A DNA stretch of 64,000 nucleotides, from positions 58,296 to 122,295 of the forward strand of contig CAVWXU010000027.1 of NCBI GenBank assembly GCA_963759135.1, in the 5' to 3' direction. The notes below the pieces were generated by a model. The model was not told where the DNA came from. It ran no database searches and worked only from the letters and a program-made list of their open reading frames with translations. The stretch's first letter is position 1, and the number at the start of each line of letters is the position of its first letter. Position numbers and translations under genes: made by a program. The DNA is from an uncultured Chloroflexia bacterium. GTDB taxonomy: Bacteria > Chloroflexota > Limnocylindria > Limnocylindrales > CSP1-4. Positions 1-10,106 of the stretch are shown here, piece after piece.

Positions 1-2316
1 GAGGCGCGCACGCCGCTCATCATCAGCGGACAGGCGGAGGAGTCGGCCGACCTGTACTACCGGTTCGCACGCCTGGCGCCCCGCCTGAAAGCCCGTCCGG
101 ACGGCGAGGAGGAGGGCGGCGACTACTTCGTCGACCTGAAGGAGAAGGCGGTCTCCCCCACCGAGGAGGGGATCGACAAGATCGAGAAGCTGCTCGGGAT
201 CGAGAACCTGTTCGACGCCGACCCGCGCCTCGCCCGGCACTTCGAGCAGGCGCTGCGGGCCCACGCCCTCTACAAGCGCGACCGCGACTACATCGTCAAG
301 GACGGCGAGATCGTCATCGTCGACGAATTCACCGGGCGCCAGATGCCCGGCCGGCGATGGTCGGAAGGACTGCACCAGGCGATCGAGGCGAAGGAGGGGC
401 TGCGCGTCCAGCGCGAGTCGGTGACGCTCGCCACCATCACGTTCCAGAACTACTTCCGCCTCTACCACAAGCTCGCGGGGATGACGGGCACCGCGATGAC
501 GGAGGGCGAGGAGTTCCACAAGATCTACAAGCTCGAGGTCACGGCGATCCCGACCAACCAGCCGATGATCCGCGACGACTTTCCGGACCTCGTGTTCCGG
601 ACGGAGCAGGGCAAGTTCAGCGCGCTCATCGACGAGATCGTCGAGCTGCGCGAGCAGGGCCGGCCGGTCCTGGTGGGCACCGTCACCGTGGAGAAGAGCG
701 AGCACCTTTCCGAGATGCTCAACCGGCGAGGCATCCACCATGAGGTCCTCAACGCCAAGTACCACGAGCGCGAGGCCAGCATCGTGGCGCAGGCTGGACG
801 CAGCGGCGCGGTGACGATTTCCACCAACATGGCGGGGCGTGGCACGGACATCCAGCTGGGCGGCAACCCCGCGGGACTCGCGTCGGAGGCGCTCCACAGG
901 CGCGGCATCAACCCGGCGGACGCGCCGCCCGAGGTCTACGCTGCCGCCCTCGACGAGGCCCGGGCCGAGTGCGCCGCGGACCACGAGGCGGTCGTCGCGG
1001 CGGGGGGCCTGCACATCATCGGCACCGAGCGGCATGATGCGCGCCGGATCGACAACCAGCTGCGCGGCCGCTCCGGCCGGCAGGGTGACCCGGGATCGTC
1101 GCGCTTCTACCTGTCGCTCGAGGACGACCTCATGAAGCGCTTCGCGTCGGACCGTGTGGCCGGGCTGATGGAGCGGATGGGGCTCGAGGAAGATGTCGCG
1201 ATCGAGTCGAGGATCGTGTCGCGCACGATCGAGAGCGCGCAGTCCCGCGTCGAGGGCTACAACTTCGACATCCGCAAGCGCGTGGTCGAGTACGACGACG
1301 TCATCAACAAGCAGCGCGAGACGATCTATGCCGAGCGCGACAAGGTCCTGCGCAACGAGGACCTGACCGAGACCGTCCGGCACCTTCCTCGACCAGGAGA
1401 TCGGGTCGCTCGTCGACCGGGACCTGGCCGGCGACGACGCGGGCGCGTGGGACGTGGACGCACTCGCTGGTGCCGTGAATCTGCTGGGGCTCACCGGCGA
1501 CGCGGCGTCGGCCGACGAGCTGTGGGCGATCGCCGACCGGTCGGCCATCGAGCAGCACCTGCGCGACCTGGCCGACGCCCGCCTGACGGCCCTGGAGGAA
1601 GAACACGGCGCCGAGACATGGGCGCTGGTCGAGCGGATCGTCCTCCTTCGCGCGATCGACGCGCTCTGGGTCGAGCACCTGACGGAGCTCGACGACATGC
1701 GACGCGGCATCGGACTGCGCGGGTACAGCGGCGAGGACCCGCTCAATGCCTTCAAGAAGGAGGCCTACTCGCTGTACGAGGAACTCCGCGAGCTGATCCG
1801 GCACCAGGTTGCCACCACCATCTTCCGCGTCAACGTGGTGCGCCAGGAGCCGGCGCCGCTGGCGCAGCCGCTCCCGGGTCCCGGGCAGCGGATGCCGGGC
1901 GCACCGGCTGCGGTCGGCGCCGGCGCCGTGGGCGGGGTCGGCAGCTGGGCTCCCCAGGGCATGGGTCCGCTGACGGGCGCGGCCGGCGGCGTGGCCGCGG
2001 GCGCGGCGGGCAGCGCGGCCGGGGCGTGGCCGCGGGCTTGGCAGGCGCCAGTGCCGCGGCCACGTTGGGGGCGGCGGGCACGAGCGCGGCGAGCGGCGGC
2101 GGCGGACGGATGCCGGCCCGGCCGGGAGGGGTCCCGCCCGAACGGATGGCCCCGGCCCTGCGCGGCCTCGGGCGCGACACGACGCGCGAGCTGATGCAGG
2201 GCAGCATCGACGGTGCGCGCGGTCAGGCGCGGCCGGCGGGCATCCCCAAGCTCGGCCGCAACGACCCCTGCTATTGCGGGAGCGGACTCAAGTACAAGAA
2301 GTGCCACGGTCGCTGA
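1..2316 (+). CDS. secA: Preprotein translocase ATPase SecA, C-terminal ~770 aa (5' end outside window). The reading frame changes twice: frame 1 to frame 2 near 1378-1381, and back to frame 1 somewhere within about 1850-2230.
   Basis: Frame-1 translation from position 1 matches SecA ([13 protein letters not shown]...[38 protein letters not shown]...). After ETVRH the SecA sequence continues in frame 2 ([35 protein letters not shown]...[34 protein letters not shown]). The C-terminal Zn-finger motif [20 protein letters not shown] is back in frame 1, ending at 2316. A Gly/Ala-rich low-complexity linker lies between. Confidence 0.85.
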   Translation, partial: EARTPLIISGQAEESADLYYRFARLAPRLKARPDGEEEGGDYFVDLKEKAVSPTEEGIDKIEKLLGIENLFDADPRLARHFEQALRAHALYKRDRDYIVKDGEIVIVDEFTGRQMPGRRWSEGLHQAIEAKEGLRVQRESVTLATITFQNYFRLYHKLAGMTGTAMTEGEEFHKIYKLEVTAIPTNQPMIRDDFPDLVFRTEQGKFSALIDEIVELREQGRPVLVGTVTVEKSEHLSEMLNRRGIHHEVLNAKYHEREASIVAQAGRSGAVTISTNMAGRGTDIQLGGNPAGLASEALHRRGINPADAPPEVYAAALDEARAECAADHEAVVAAGGLHIIGTERHDARRIDNQLRGRSGRQGDPGSSRFYLSLEDDLMKRFASDRVAGLMERMGLEEDVAIESRIVSRTIESAQSRVEGYNFDIRKRVVEYDDVINKQRETIYAERDKVLRNEDLTETVRHLPRPGDRVARRPGPGRRRRGRVGRGRTRWCRESAGAHRRRGVGRRAVGDRRPVGHRAAPARPGRRPPDGPGGRTRRRDMGAGRADRPPSRDRRALGRAPDGARRHATRHRTARVQRRGPAQCLQEGGLLAVRGTPRADPAPGCHHHLPRQRGAPGAGAAGAAAPGSRAADAGRTGCGRRRRRGRGRQLGSPGHGSADGRGRRRGRGRGGQRGRGVAAGLAGASAAATLGAAGTSAASGGGGRMPARPGGVPPERMAPALRGLGRDTTRELMQGSIDGARGQARPAGIPKLGRNDPCYCGSGLKYKKCHGR

Positions 2317-2906
2317 GGGCGAGCGTCCTGCGCCTCGCGCTGGCCGGGGCCGCGGCCCTCGTCGCCGTCGTGGGATACGCCACGTTCCGGATCTGGCAGC
2401 AGGGCCAGACCGACGAGCAGGGACGGCCCGCGGACGCCATCGTCGTGCTCGGGGCCGCCCATTACGGGGACACGCCGTCGCCGGTCTTCGCCGCGCGTCT
2501 CGACCACGCGGTCGAGCTCTGGCTGGACGGCGTGGCGCCGTACCTGATCGTCACGGGCGGCGAGGCCGCCGGCGACACCTCGGCCGAGGCGGACGTTGCG
2601 CGTCGGTACGCGGAGGACCGCGGCGTGCCCGCGGCGGCGATCCTCGCGGAGCGGACCGGGCGCGACACCGCCGAGTCCCTGCGCAACGTGGCGGCGATCC
2701 TGCGGGCGCGCGGACTCCACTCGGCGCTGTTCGTGAGCGACCGGACGCACATGCTGCGAGTGCTGCGCGTCGCCGCGGACCTGGGCATCCAGGCGTACGG
2801 CTCGCCGACCGCGACCAGCCCGAGCGACCTCGACCCGTCGGCACGCGTCGCGTCAACGGTCCACGAGCTCGGCGCGCTGGCCCTGTACCTGGTGACGGGT
2901 CGGTGA
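2301..2906 (+). CDS. DUF218 / YdcF-SanA-ElyC family protein with an N-terminal signal-anchor
   Basis: The ORF translation shows a TM segment ([20 protein letters not shown]) followed by a DUF218-like core ([40 protein letters not shown]...SDRTHMLR). A GTG at 2301 overlaps the secA 3' end; the exact start is uncertain. Confidence 0.55.
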   Translation: MPRSLRASVLRLALAGAAALVAVVGYATFRIWQQGQTDEQGRPADAIVVLGAAHYGDTPSPVFAARLDHAVELWLDGVAPYLIVTGGEAAGDTSAEADVARRYAEDRGVPAAAILAERTGRDTAESLRNVAAILRARGLHSALFVSDRTHMLRVLRVAADLGIQAYGSPTATSPSDLDPSARVASTVHELGALALYLVTGR

Positions 2907-3083
2907 TCCGGGCGAAACCTGCAGAAATTCGGCCGCAATCCGGCCGCACCCTCTTGAGTACGCGATCTCCCGTTCGTATACTCGGGCGAAACGCCGGAGT
3001 CCGCGCTCTGGCGTTCCGTTTGCCACCCGGGACGTCCCCCGACGGGTGTCTGGCAGCGGTGGGTTCGCAGCAGCGAGGGTGCC

Positions 3084-3311
3084 GTGCGGGCGGAGATCGC
3101 CGAAGAGGATTTCCTCGATCTGATCGCGTGTGAGCGCGACTGCCGGAAATGCAGCTACGCCGCGAGCCTCGACTGTGACGGCAACTGCGGCGTCTGCCCC
3201 CACAACGGATATTGTCCCTGCGTGAACCCCGTGGTCGCCCGGAGCAAGAGCGCACTGCGCATGATCGAGCTTCGCCCGATCCTGCTGCAGGACCTGCGAG
3301 CGCGTCGCTGA
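3084..3311 (+). CDS. Small Cys-rich protein (75 aa, 9 Cys; CERDCRKCSYAASLDCDGNCGVCPHNGYCPC), putative metal-binding. Its stop overlaps the prfB start (TGATG).
   Basis: GTG-initiated ORF with genome-typical codon bias (GC3 about 80%). Its stop TGA at 3309-3311 overlaps the prfB ATG at 3311-3313. No homolog recognised from memory. Confidence 0.4.
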   Translation: MRAEIAEEDFLDLIACERDCRKCSYAASLDCDGNCGVCPHNGYCPCVNPVVARSKSALRMIELRPILLQDLRARR

Positions 3312-4433
3312 TGGACCTCGCCGCCGTCCGCGACCTCGTGGAGCGCGTCCGCGCAACCTCGGGGAGGCTTTGACCTCGCCGACAAGGAACGTCGCCTGGG
3401 GGCGCTCGAGCAGGAGAGCGCACGCCCGGACCTCTGGGACGACCAGCGGGCGGCGCAGCACATCCTGCGTGAGGCGGAGCGGCTGCGAGAGGACATCGCC
3501 GCCTGGCGCGACCTGGAGCGGCGGGCCTCCGACGTGCTGGAACTCGCGGAGCTCGCCTCGACGGACGCCGACCCCGACCTGGCCGCCGCGGTGGACGCCG
3601 AGTACGCGGAACTCGACGGCGCGTACGCGACGCGCCGCACGGCACTGCTGTTCAGCGGCGAATACGACGACCGCGACGCCCTGCTGACGATCAGCGCAGG
3701 GGCGGGCGGCACGGAGGCGACGGACTGGGCGCAGATGCTGCTGCGCATGTACCTGCGCTGGGCGGAGCGCCACCGGTTCGCCACCGAGATCCTCGACCAG
3801 ACCGAGGGCGAGGAAGTCGGAATCAAGAGCGTCACGGTGGCCGTCGACGGCCGGGGCGCGTACGGCTTCCTTCGCGCTGAGCGGGGGTCCACCGTCTCGT
3901 CCGCATCAGCCCGTTCGATTCCCAGAAGCGCCGCCAGACCACGTTCGCACTGATCGAGGTCCTCCCGGAGGTCGAGAGCGAGGTCGAGGTCGAGATCGAC
4001 CCCGACGACCTCCGCATCGACACGTTCCGTGCGACCGGCCACGGCGGTCAGAACGTCAACAAGACGGATTCGGCCGTGCGCATCACGCACCTGCCGACGG
4101 GCATCGTCACCCAGAGCCAGAACGAGCGGTCGCAGCTGCAGAACAAGGACACTGCGTTGAAGGTGCTGCGCGCGCGGCTGCTGGAACGCGCCCTCGAGGA
4201 GCGCGAGGCGCAGCTCGCGGTGCTCCGGGGCGAGCACGTGGAGGCGGGGTGGGGCCACCAGATCCGCTCCTACGTGCTCCATCCCTACCAGATGGTCAAG
4301 GACCTCCGGACCGAATACGAGACCAGCAACACCGGGGCGGTCCTCGACGGCGACCTCGACGCGTTCATGCGCGCGGAGCTCGAACGGCTGGCCACCACGA
4401 GCCCGGCCGGCGGTGGGACGTGCGGACCCGTGA
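3311..4433 (+). CDS. prfB: Peptide chain release factor 2 (RF2) with the canonical programmed +1 frameshift. As assembled it also has an extra -1 frame change at a G5 run (3883-3887) and no in-frame stop before the downstream GNAT gene.
   Basis: ATG 3311 opens a 20-codon leader ([20 protein letters not shown]) ending in CTT TGA C. The +1 frame continues [38 protein letters not shown]...[26 protein letters not shown], which is RF2-like. After [13 protein letters not shown] the RF2 sequence ([25 protein letters not shown]...[24 protein letters not shown]...SQLQNK...[17 protein letters not shown]) continues in frame 2. The GGQ and SPF motifs are present. Confidence 0.9.
3361..3374 (+). promoter_or_regulatory. 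RF2 programmed +1 ribosomal frameshift site: internal SD-like GGGGAGG followed by CUU UGA C
   Basis: Sequence ggggagg ctt tga c read directly. This is identical in logic to the E. coli prfB autoregulatory site (SD-like element, CUU slip codon, UGA followed by C). Confidence 0.85.
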
Positions 4434-5530
4434 GGGAGGATGCGGAGCCCGCGATCCTCAGGCGCATCGAGCCGACCGACATCCCCGCCTGTATCGAGGT
4501 CTTCTACGACTCGGTCGACCCACTCTACCGGCGCCTGGACCAGCCCATCCCCCCCAGGGACCCCGGGTCCCTCGCCCGGCTCATCGGCCATCTCCTCGAC
4601 CACGACGGGGAGCGGGCGTGGCTGGCGGAGTCGCCGTCGGCGACCGGGAACCCCGACCCCCCGCGGATCCTGGGCTTCGGCAGCGCCTGGCTCCGGGAGA
4701 CGACGTGGTACCTCGCCCTCCTCTTCATCCGGCCCGAGGCGCAGGCCGGGGGCCTCGGCCGGCGTCTGCTGCTGCGGACGTTCCCGCGGACGCCGCCGGG
4801 CGATGGATCGTTGGGGATCGGGGGGCAGACCGCCATGGTCGAAGGTGCGCCGGACGGCACGGCGCTGCGCACAGCGCCCGACGGGCCACCTCGCGCGGCG
4901 TACCCAGCGGCCCGGCGCTGCGCACAGCGCCCGACCAGAACCGGTCCGGCGCCCTCATGGCGACCTGCGTCGATTTCGATCCAGCCGATCTCGACCGGCC
5001 TCTACGCGAGCTACGGGATCGTGCCACGGGTCCCGGTCTTCACGGCGATCGGCAACCCTCGCTGGGGGGCGCTGCCGGACCTCCCTCGCGACGTCGTCGC
5101 GACCGGGTTCGAGGCGCTGCCGGAGGCGGTGCCGCTGGCGGACGCGCTTGCGTCGATCGATCGCGAGCTGCTCGGCTTCGCCCGGCCCCAGGACCACCAG
5201 CTCTGGTCGCGCGAAGGCCGTCGCGGCGTGCTGTTCCGGCACGCGGGCGACGGCGCGGTCCTGGGCTACGGCTACGTCCAGGCCTCCGGCCGGCTCGGTC
5301 CGGTGGCCCTGCTCGACGACACCCTCTACCCGGGCGTCCTCGGGTCCCTGGTGTCGCGAGTCTCGCCGCCCGGCCCATTCTTCGCGCTGGTGCCCGGAGT
5401 GAACCACCGGGCGATGGTGGCCCTGCTGCGCGCGGGCCTCCAGTTCGAAGGGTTCCCCGGAATCCTCTCCTCCACGCGTCCGTGGGCGGCGCTCGACCGC
5501 TATCTGCCGGCCAGCTTCGCGCTACCCTGA
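4430..5530 (+). CDS. GNAT-family N-acetyltransferase with two GNAT-like domains (MshD/Eis-like architecture). The GTG start overlaps an out-of-frame TGA (GTGA).
   Basis: N-terminal domain carries the acetyl-CoA motif ([22 protein letters not shown]). A second GNAT-like region lies at the C-terminus ([29 protein letters not shown]...). The gene is in frame with prfB with no intervening stop. An internal 22-bp direct repeat sits at 4861-4934. Confidence 0.55.
   Translation: MREDAEPAILRRIEPTDIPACIEVFYDSVDPLYRRLDQPIPPRDPGSLARLIGHLLDHDGERAWLAESPSATGNPDPPRILGFGSAWLRETTWYLALLFIRPEAQAGGLGRRLLLRTFPRTPPGDGSLGIGGQTAMVEGAPDGTALRTAPDGPPRAAYPAARRCAQRPTRTGPAPSWRPASISIQPISTGLYASYGIVPRVPVFTAIGNPRWGALPDLPRDVVATGFEALPEAVPLADALASIDRELLGFARPQDHQLWSREGRRGVLFRHAGDGAVLGYGYVQASGRLGPVALLDDTLYPGVLGSLVSRVSPPGPFFALVPGVNHRAMVALLRAGLQFEGFPGILSSTRPWAALDRYLPASFALP
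4861..4934. repeat. Direct repeat ggcgctgcgcacagcgcccgac, 2 copies 52 bp apart, inside the GNAT ORF
   Basis: Read directly at 4861-4882 and 4913-4934. Confidence 0.6.
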
Positions 5531-5599
5531 CCGCAACGGCCGCGCGTCGCGGGCGGTTCGCCGGTCCCGCCGGGACACGGCGCGGCACACGAGGAGATC

Positions 5600-6520
5600 G
5601 TGAGCGAATACAGCGACGGCCGGAACCGGGCTCCTGCGCCGTTCGACCCGGCCGCGTTCGACGACTCGGCCTGGGGCCCGGAGTGGAGCGCCGGACTGCG
5701 ACGCGGACGGGAGGCGGAGCTGCGGCAGTGGCTCGACCTGGCGCTCGCCTGCTGCGACGCCGCCGACGAGATCGCGCTGCGTCATTTCCGACGCGACCTC
5801 GAGATCTCCACCAAGCCCGACCGGACCCTCGTGACGCAGGCGGACCAGTCGATCGAGGCGCTCATCCGGGAACGGATCCGCGCCACGCACCCGGACCACG
5901 GCCTGGTGGGCGAGGAGTACGGCACCGAGAAGCCCGGCTCGTCCGTGCGGTGGTACGTGGACCCCATCGACGGCACCCACAACTTCGTCCGGGGCATTCC
6001 GGTCTTCGCCACCCTGCTGGGCGTGGAGCGCGACGGAGAGTTGCAGGTCGGCGTGGTGTCCGCACCGGCGCTCGGAGAGCGCTGGTTTGCCTGGCGAGGC
6101 GGCGGTGCCTGGGCCGGCCGGGCCGGCGATACCAGGCGCCTCCGCGTGTCCCGGGTAGGTGACACGAAGGAGGCGCAGATCCTCTACGACTCCCCGCTCG
6201 ACGTGCAGCGCTGCGGATGGGCGCCGGGGTTCGCAGGCCTGCTCGGCAGCGCCTGGAGGGACCGCGGGTTCGGCGATTTCTGGGGGTACACGCTGCTCGC
6301 CGAGGGTGCCGCGGAGGCGATGATCGAGGTCGGGATCCATCCGTGGGACCTGGCGGCGGCGCAGGTGCTGGTCGAGGAGGCGGGCGGACGGATGACCGAC
6401 TTCGGCGGGCGTCGGTCGGTGGACGTCGCCAGCGTCGTCGCCTCGAACGGGCGGCTGCATCGTGCAGTGCTGGCCGCGCTCGCGCTCCCAGGCGGAGAGC
6501 AGCACACGGACGACGCCTGA
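5600..6520 (+). CDS. Inositol monophosphatase family protein (possible HisN-type histidinol-phosphatase)
   Basis: IMPase motifs WYVDPIDGTHNFVRGIPVFATLLGV and GGxxDxxGG-like region. GTG start at 5600 with GAGGAG upstream. Confidence 0.75.
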   Translation: MSEYSDGRNRAPAPFDPAAFDDSAWGPEWSAGLRRGREAELRQWLDLALACCDAADEIALRHFRRDLEISTKPDRTLVTQADQSIEALIRERIRATHPDHGLVGEEYGTEKPGSSVRWYVDPIDGTHNFVRGIPVFATLLGVERDGELQVGVVSAPALGERWFAWRGGGAWAGRAGDTRRLRVSRVGDTKEAQILYDSPLDVQRCGWAPGFAGLLGSAWRDRGFGDFWGYTLLAEGAAEAMIEVGIHPWDLAAAQVLVEEAGGRMTDFGGRRSVDVASVVASNGRLHRAVLAALALPGGEQHTDDA

Positions 6521-6620
6521 CGGCCGGGCAGGGGGCCTGTGCTACCCTCATGGCCGACGTGGCTTTGCTCGCTGTGCCCGCGTGCGGAGTCTCCGGCACC
6601 CTCCGCCCGCGGAGCCAGAC

Positions 6621-7427
6621 ATGACCACCTCCCCGCCCCGACTCGCCGGGCCTCTCGAGGCGGCGACCGCGATCCGCCCGGACCGCGAAGCCGTCGATCC
6701 GCCCACGGCGGAGGGTCACGAGGCCCGCGACGCGCGCCGCATCTCGATCGCGCTGGACGACGTCAGCAAGGTCTATCCCAACGGCCGCCGCGCCCTGGCC
6801 GACGTCGACCTCGTCGTCCCGGATGGCGACTTCGTGTTCATCGTCGGGCCGTCCGGCGCAGGGAAGAGCACCCTGATCAAGCTGCTCATCCGGGACGAGT
6901 TGCCGACGAGCGGCACCGTGTTCGTCGCCGGCCGCGACGTCCGGCGCCTGTCCCGGCGCGACGTCCCTCGCCTGCGGCGGAGCGTCGGGATCGTCTTCCA
7001 GGACTACAAGCTGCTCCCCAACAAGTCGGTGTACGACAACGTCGCATTCGCCCTGGAGGTCACCGGGACGCCCGGGCGGCAGATCCGGTCGGCCGTGGAC
7101 CGCGTGCTCTCCCTGGTGGGGCTGACGGCCGCCGCGGGCCAGTTCCCCAGCCAGCTCTCGGGAGGCGAGCAGCAGCGCACGGCCATCGCCCGTGCCCTGG
7201 TCCACGAGCCGCGCGTCGTGATCGCCGACGAGCCGACGGGGAACCTGGACCCGCTGATCAGCTGGGAGATCATCCAGCTGCTGCTCCGCATCAACGAGCT
7301 CGGTACGACCGTGCTGATGGCAACGCACAACGCCGAGGTCGTCACCGCACTGCGCCGCCGGGTGGTCGCGCTCGAGGATGGGCGCGTCGTCCGTGACGAG
7401 GTCGGCGGCTACCACCGCGAGTACTGA
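6621..7427 (+). CDS. ftsE: Cell division ABC transporter ATP-binding protein FtsE
   Basis: Walker A GPSGAGKST, signature LSGGEQQR, Walker B VVIADEPTGNLD. Immediately followed by ftsX. Confidence 0.9.
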   Translation: MTTSPPRLAGPLEAATAIRPDREAVDPPTAEGHEARDARRISIALDDVSKVYPNGRRALADVDLVVPDGDFVFIVGPSGAGKSTLIKLLIRDELPTSGTVFVAGRDVRRLSRRDVPRLRRSVGIVFQDYKLLPNKSVYDNVAFALEVTGTPGRQIRSAVDRVLSLVGLTAAAGQFPSQLSGGEQQRTAIARALVHEPRVVIADEPTGNLDPLISWEIIQLLLRINELGTTVLMATHNAEVVTALRRRVVALEDGRVVRDEVGGYHREY

Positions 7428-7430
7428 CCG

Positions 7431-8321
7431 ATGCCGCGTTTCCTGCTCTTCTCCGTCCGCCGGGCGTGGGAGGGCTTCTGGCGCAACGTGGTCATGAGCG
7501 TCGCCGCGACGATCACGATGACCCTGATGCTGCTGATGCTGGCCGGGCTCGTCATCGGCCTGTCCGGCCTCGACGCCGGCCTTCGGTTCGTGGAGCAGAA
7601 GGTGGAGGTGCAGGCGTTCGTCGCGGACGGCACGCCGCAGTCGCGGATCGACGCGCTGGTCGCCCAGGTGCAGGCGCTGCCTGAAGTCTCGCAGGTCGAC
7701 TACCTCGACAAGGCACAGGCCCTCAAGCAGTGGCAGGAGCAGCTGCGTCAGCAGGGGAAGCCCGACTACTCCAGCGCGACCGGCACGAACCCGATCCCGG
7801 CGAGCATCCTCGTCAAGCTGAAAGACCCGCACGTGTACGGCAGCGTGATCCAGACCCTGCAGGCGGCCCAGGGAGTCGTGACGGACGTGCTCGAGACGCA
7901 GCACGTCGTCGACGCGCTGCTGAGCGTCACGGGCTTCCTGCGAACGGCCGGCGTGGTGGTCCTCGTGCTCGTCGGCCTCACGGTCCTGTTCATCGTCATC
8001 AACACGATCCGGCTGGCCGTGGTGGCACGGGCCGAGGAGATCGAGATCATGCGGCTCGTGGGCGCGTCCGACGCCTTCATCCGGTGGCCGTTCATCTTCG
8101 AGGGGATGCTCGTGGGGATCCTGGGCGCCGCGATCACGCTGGGCATCCTCGCGCTGGCGGCGCAGCCGATCGGGCAGGGGGTCGCGACCCTGGTCGGCCA
8201 GGTGCCGATCCAGTTCGACCAGAGCCTCGGCCGGGAGCTGGTGATCGTGGTGGGCGGCGCAGGCCTGGTCCTCGGCGCCGGGGGCGCGTTCATCTCCATC
8301 CGCACGTACCTCATCCGCTGA
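7431..8321 (+). CDS. ftsX: Cell division permease-like protein FtsX
   Basis: 4-TM FtsX topology. Conserved C-terminal region (INTIRLAVVARAEEIEIMRLVGASDAFIRWPFIFEGMLVG). Positioned directly after ftsE. Confidence 0.85.
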   Translation: MPRFLLFSVRRAWEGFWRNVVMSVAATITMTLMLLMLAGLVIGLSGLDAGLRFVEQKVEVQAFVADGTPQSRIDALVAQVQALPEVSQVDYLDKAQALKQWQEQLRQQGKPDYSSATGTNPIPASILVKLKDPHVYGSVIQTLQAAQGVVTDVLETQHVVDALLSVTGFLRTAGVVVLVLVGLTVLFIVINTIRLAVVARAEEIEIMRLVGASDAFIRWPFIFEGMLVGILGAAITLGILALAAQPIGQGVATLVGQVPIQFDQSLGRELVIVVGGAGLVLGAGGAFISIRTYLIR

Positions 8322-8395
8322 GTCGTCGCGTCGGCGAACCGGCGCGCGCAGAATCACCGTCCCGCCTTGCGACAGCCGCCCCGAGGAAGCCGCTC

Positions 8396-9784
8396 ATGCA
8401 GAACCTGGAATCGCCGAACCCGTTCGAATCAGGTGCAGTCGAGCCGCCGGGACGCCCGCCACGCCGCCGACGGAGAGCGCGAGCCGGCGTGTGGCTCGCG
8501 GCGTTCGGCGCCACGGTCATCGCCGGCAGCGGTCTGTTCGCAGCGGGGTTCACCCTCGGGCGCCAGACCGCGCTGACGGACGGGACACCGCAGGCGCTTG
8601 CCGCCGACCTGCAGCCGTTCTGGGACGCCTTCGACTCGATCGACCAGCGGTACGCCGGAATCCAGGTCAGCCGCCACGCCATCGTCGAAGGCGCGATCAG
8701 TGGCATGTTCAAGGCCCTCGGCGACCCGTTCTCCTCGTACATGACGGGCGAGGCCTACCGCGCCTCTCTCACGGGACTGTCCGGCCAGTTCGAGGGAATC
8801 GGGGCCGTCATCACCACCGAGGATGCGGCCGGGAAACAGGGGTGCACGCCGGCGGGCGCGAGCTGTCGCATCGCGATCCTGCGCGTGCTCGCGGGATCGC
8901 CTGCCGAGCAGGCCGGGCTCCGCGCCGCCGACGTCATCGTGTCGGTGGATGGGTCGAGCGTCGCAGGGAAGACCACGGACGACGTGGTCAACCTCGTCAG
9001 GGGTCCCCGAGGCACGGTGGTCACTCTCGTGATCGCCCGGGCCGGCACCACGTTCGACGTGCGGATCACCCGCGCGATCATCAACCCGTCGGACGTCACG
9101 AGCCGGCTGATCGACGGCGGAGCCCTTGGGTACGTCCAGATCTCGAGTTTCGGCTCCGGTGTGGCGGCCGACTTCACCAGCCAGTTGCGCACGCTGCTGA
9201 AGGCCGGGGTGCACGGCGTCGTGCTCGACCTGCGAGGAGACCTCGGGGGATTCGTGGACCAGGCCCGTACGATCGCGAGCCAATTCGTGGGCAGCGGGCC
9301 GATCTACTGGGAGCAGACCGCCGACGGCACACGGGCCCCGTACGACGCCGAGCCCGGCGGGATCGCGACAAACCCGTCGCTGCCGGTGATCGTGCTCGTG
9401 GACAAGGACACGGCCAGCGCGTCCGAGATACTCGCCGCCGCCCTGCAGGACACGGGCCGGGGTCGTCTGCTCGGGACCACGACATACGGCAAGGGAACCG
9501 TGCAGGAATGGCAGCTGCTCGGCCAGGACGCGGGGGGGTTCCGGCTGACGATCGCCCGCTGGCTGACGCCGGCCGAGCGCTGGATCAACGGCCGGGGGCT
9601 GACGCCGAACGTGACGTTCCAGGCGCCGGCCAACGCCCCGATCGGCTCGGACCCGGTCCTGGATCGGGCCGTGCAGCTGCTGACGGGCCCCGGGCCGGTG
9701 GCCCCGGGGCTGGTGGCCCCAGCGCGCTGCGCTCGACGGGCAGCCCGTCTCTCTCCGTCTCCTCGTCGGCCGCGTCCACCGTGA
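8396..9784 (+). CDS. ctpA: C-terminal processing (tail-specific) protease, S41 family with PDZ domain
   Basis: N-terminal TM, PDZ (ILRVLAGSPAEQAGLRAADVIVSVDG), S41 catalytic region (GVVLDLRGDLGGFVDQA...LVDKDTASASEILAAALQD). The C-terminal 30 aa are of uncertain frame. Confidence 0.8.
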   Translation: MQNLESPNPFESGAVEPPGRPPRRRRRARAGVWLAAFGATVIAGSGLFAAGFTLGRQTALTDGTPQALAADLQPFWDAFDSIDQRYAGIQVSRHAIVEGAISGMFKALGDPFSSYMTGEAYRASLTGLSGQFEGIGAVITTEDAAGKQGCTPAGASCRIAILRVLAGSPAEQAGLRAADVIVSVDGSSVAGKTTDDVVNLVRGPRGTVVTLVIARAGTTFDVRITRAIINPSDVTSRLIDGGALGYVQISSFGSGVAADFTSQLRTLLKAGVHGVVLDLRGDLGGFVDQARTIASQFVGSGPIYWEQTADGTRAPYDAEPGGIATNPSLPVIVLVDKDTASASEILAAALQDTGRGRLLGTTTYGKGTVQEWQLLGQDAGGFRLTIARWLTPAERWINGRGLTPNVTFQAPANAPIGSDPVLDRAVQLLTGPGPVAPGLVAPARCARRAARLSPSPRRPRPP

Positions 9785-9969
9785 CGATCTCGCTCGCCCC
9801 CGGTTCCGGCGCACTGCTGTAGCGAGCGCCCGCATTCTGGCCTCTTGCCTTCGGGAAACCCGGCCGGTAGTATCCACAGCAACGAAAGGAGGTGATGTGC
9901 AGTGATAGACAGTCATTGCTACACCACCCCGCGGGAGGCCTCGGCCTAGCTCGCAGGTTGGTGCGCAAC

Positions 9970-10000
9970 CGAACGCCGGCCCTCGATGGGCCGGCGTTCG
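9970..10000 (+). terminator. Perfect 13-bp-stem GC-rich hairpin (cgaacgccggccc tcgat gggccggcgttcg) between ctpA and smpB; candidate intrinsic terminator without a U-tract
   Basis: Inverted repeat read directly. Confidence 0.35.
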
Positions 10001-10106
10001 TGCGTCCGGGGCACGTCCTCCCGTATCCTGTCTCCCCGCCGTCGCCGCGGTCGCGCTGCAGAGCCGCCGCGCGACCGACGCCGGCCGAGCGCTCCGAAGG
10101 ACCAGC

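Noticed and set aside
4440-5402. ATG-initiated ORF preceded by TGA and GGGAGG (frame 0) that would give a conventional stop/SD/start after prfB
   Set aside because: Its translation is Ser/Pro/Arg/Gly low-complexity with no GNAT motifs. The genuine acetyltransferase motifs are in the other frame, starting at GTG 4430.
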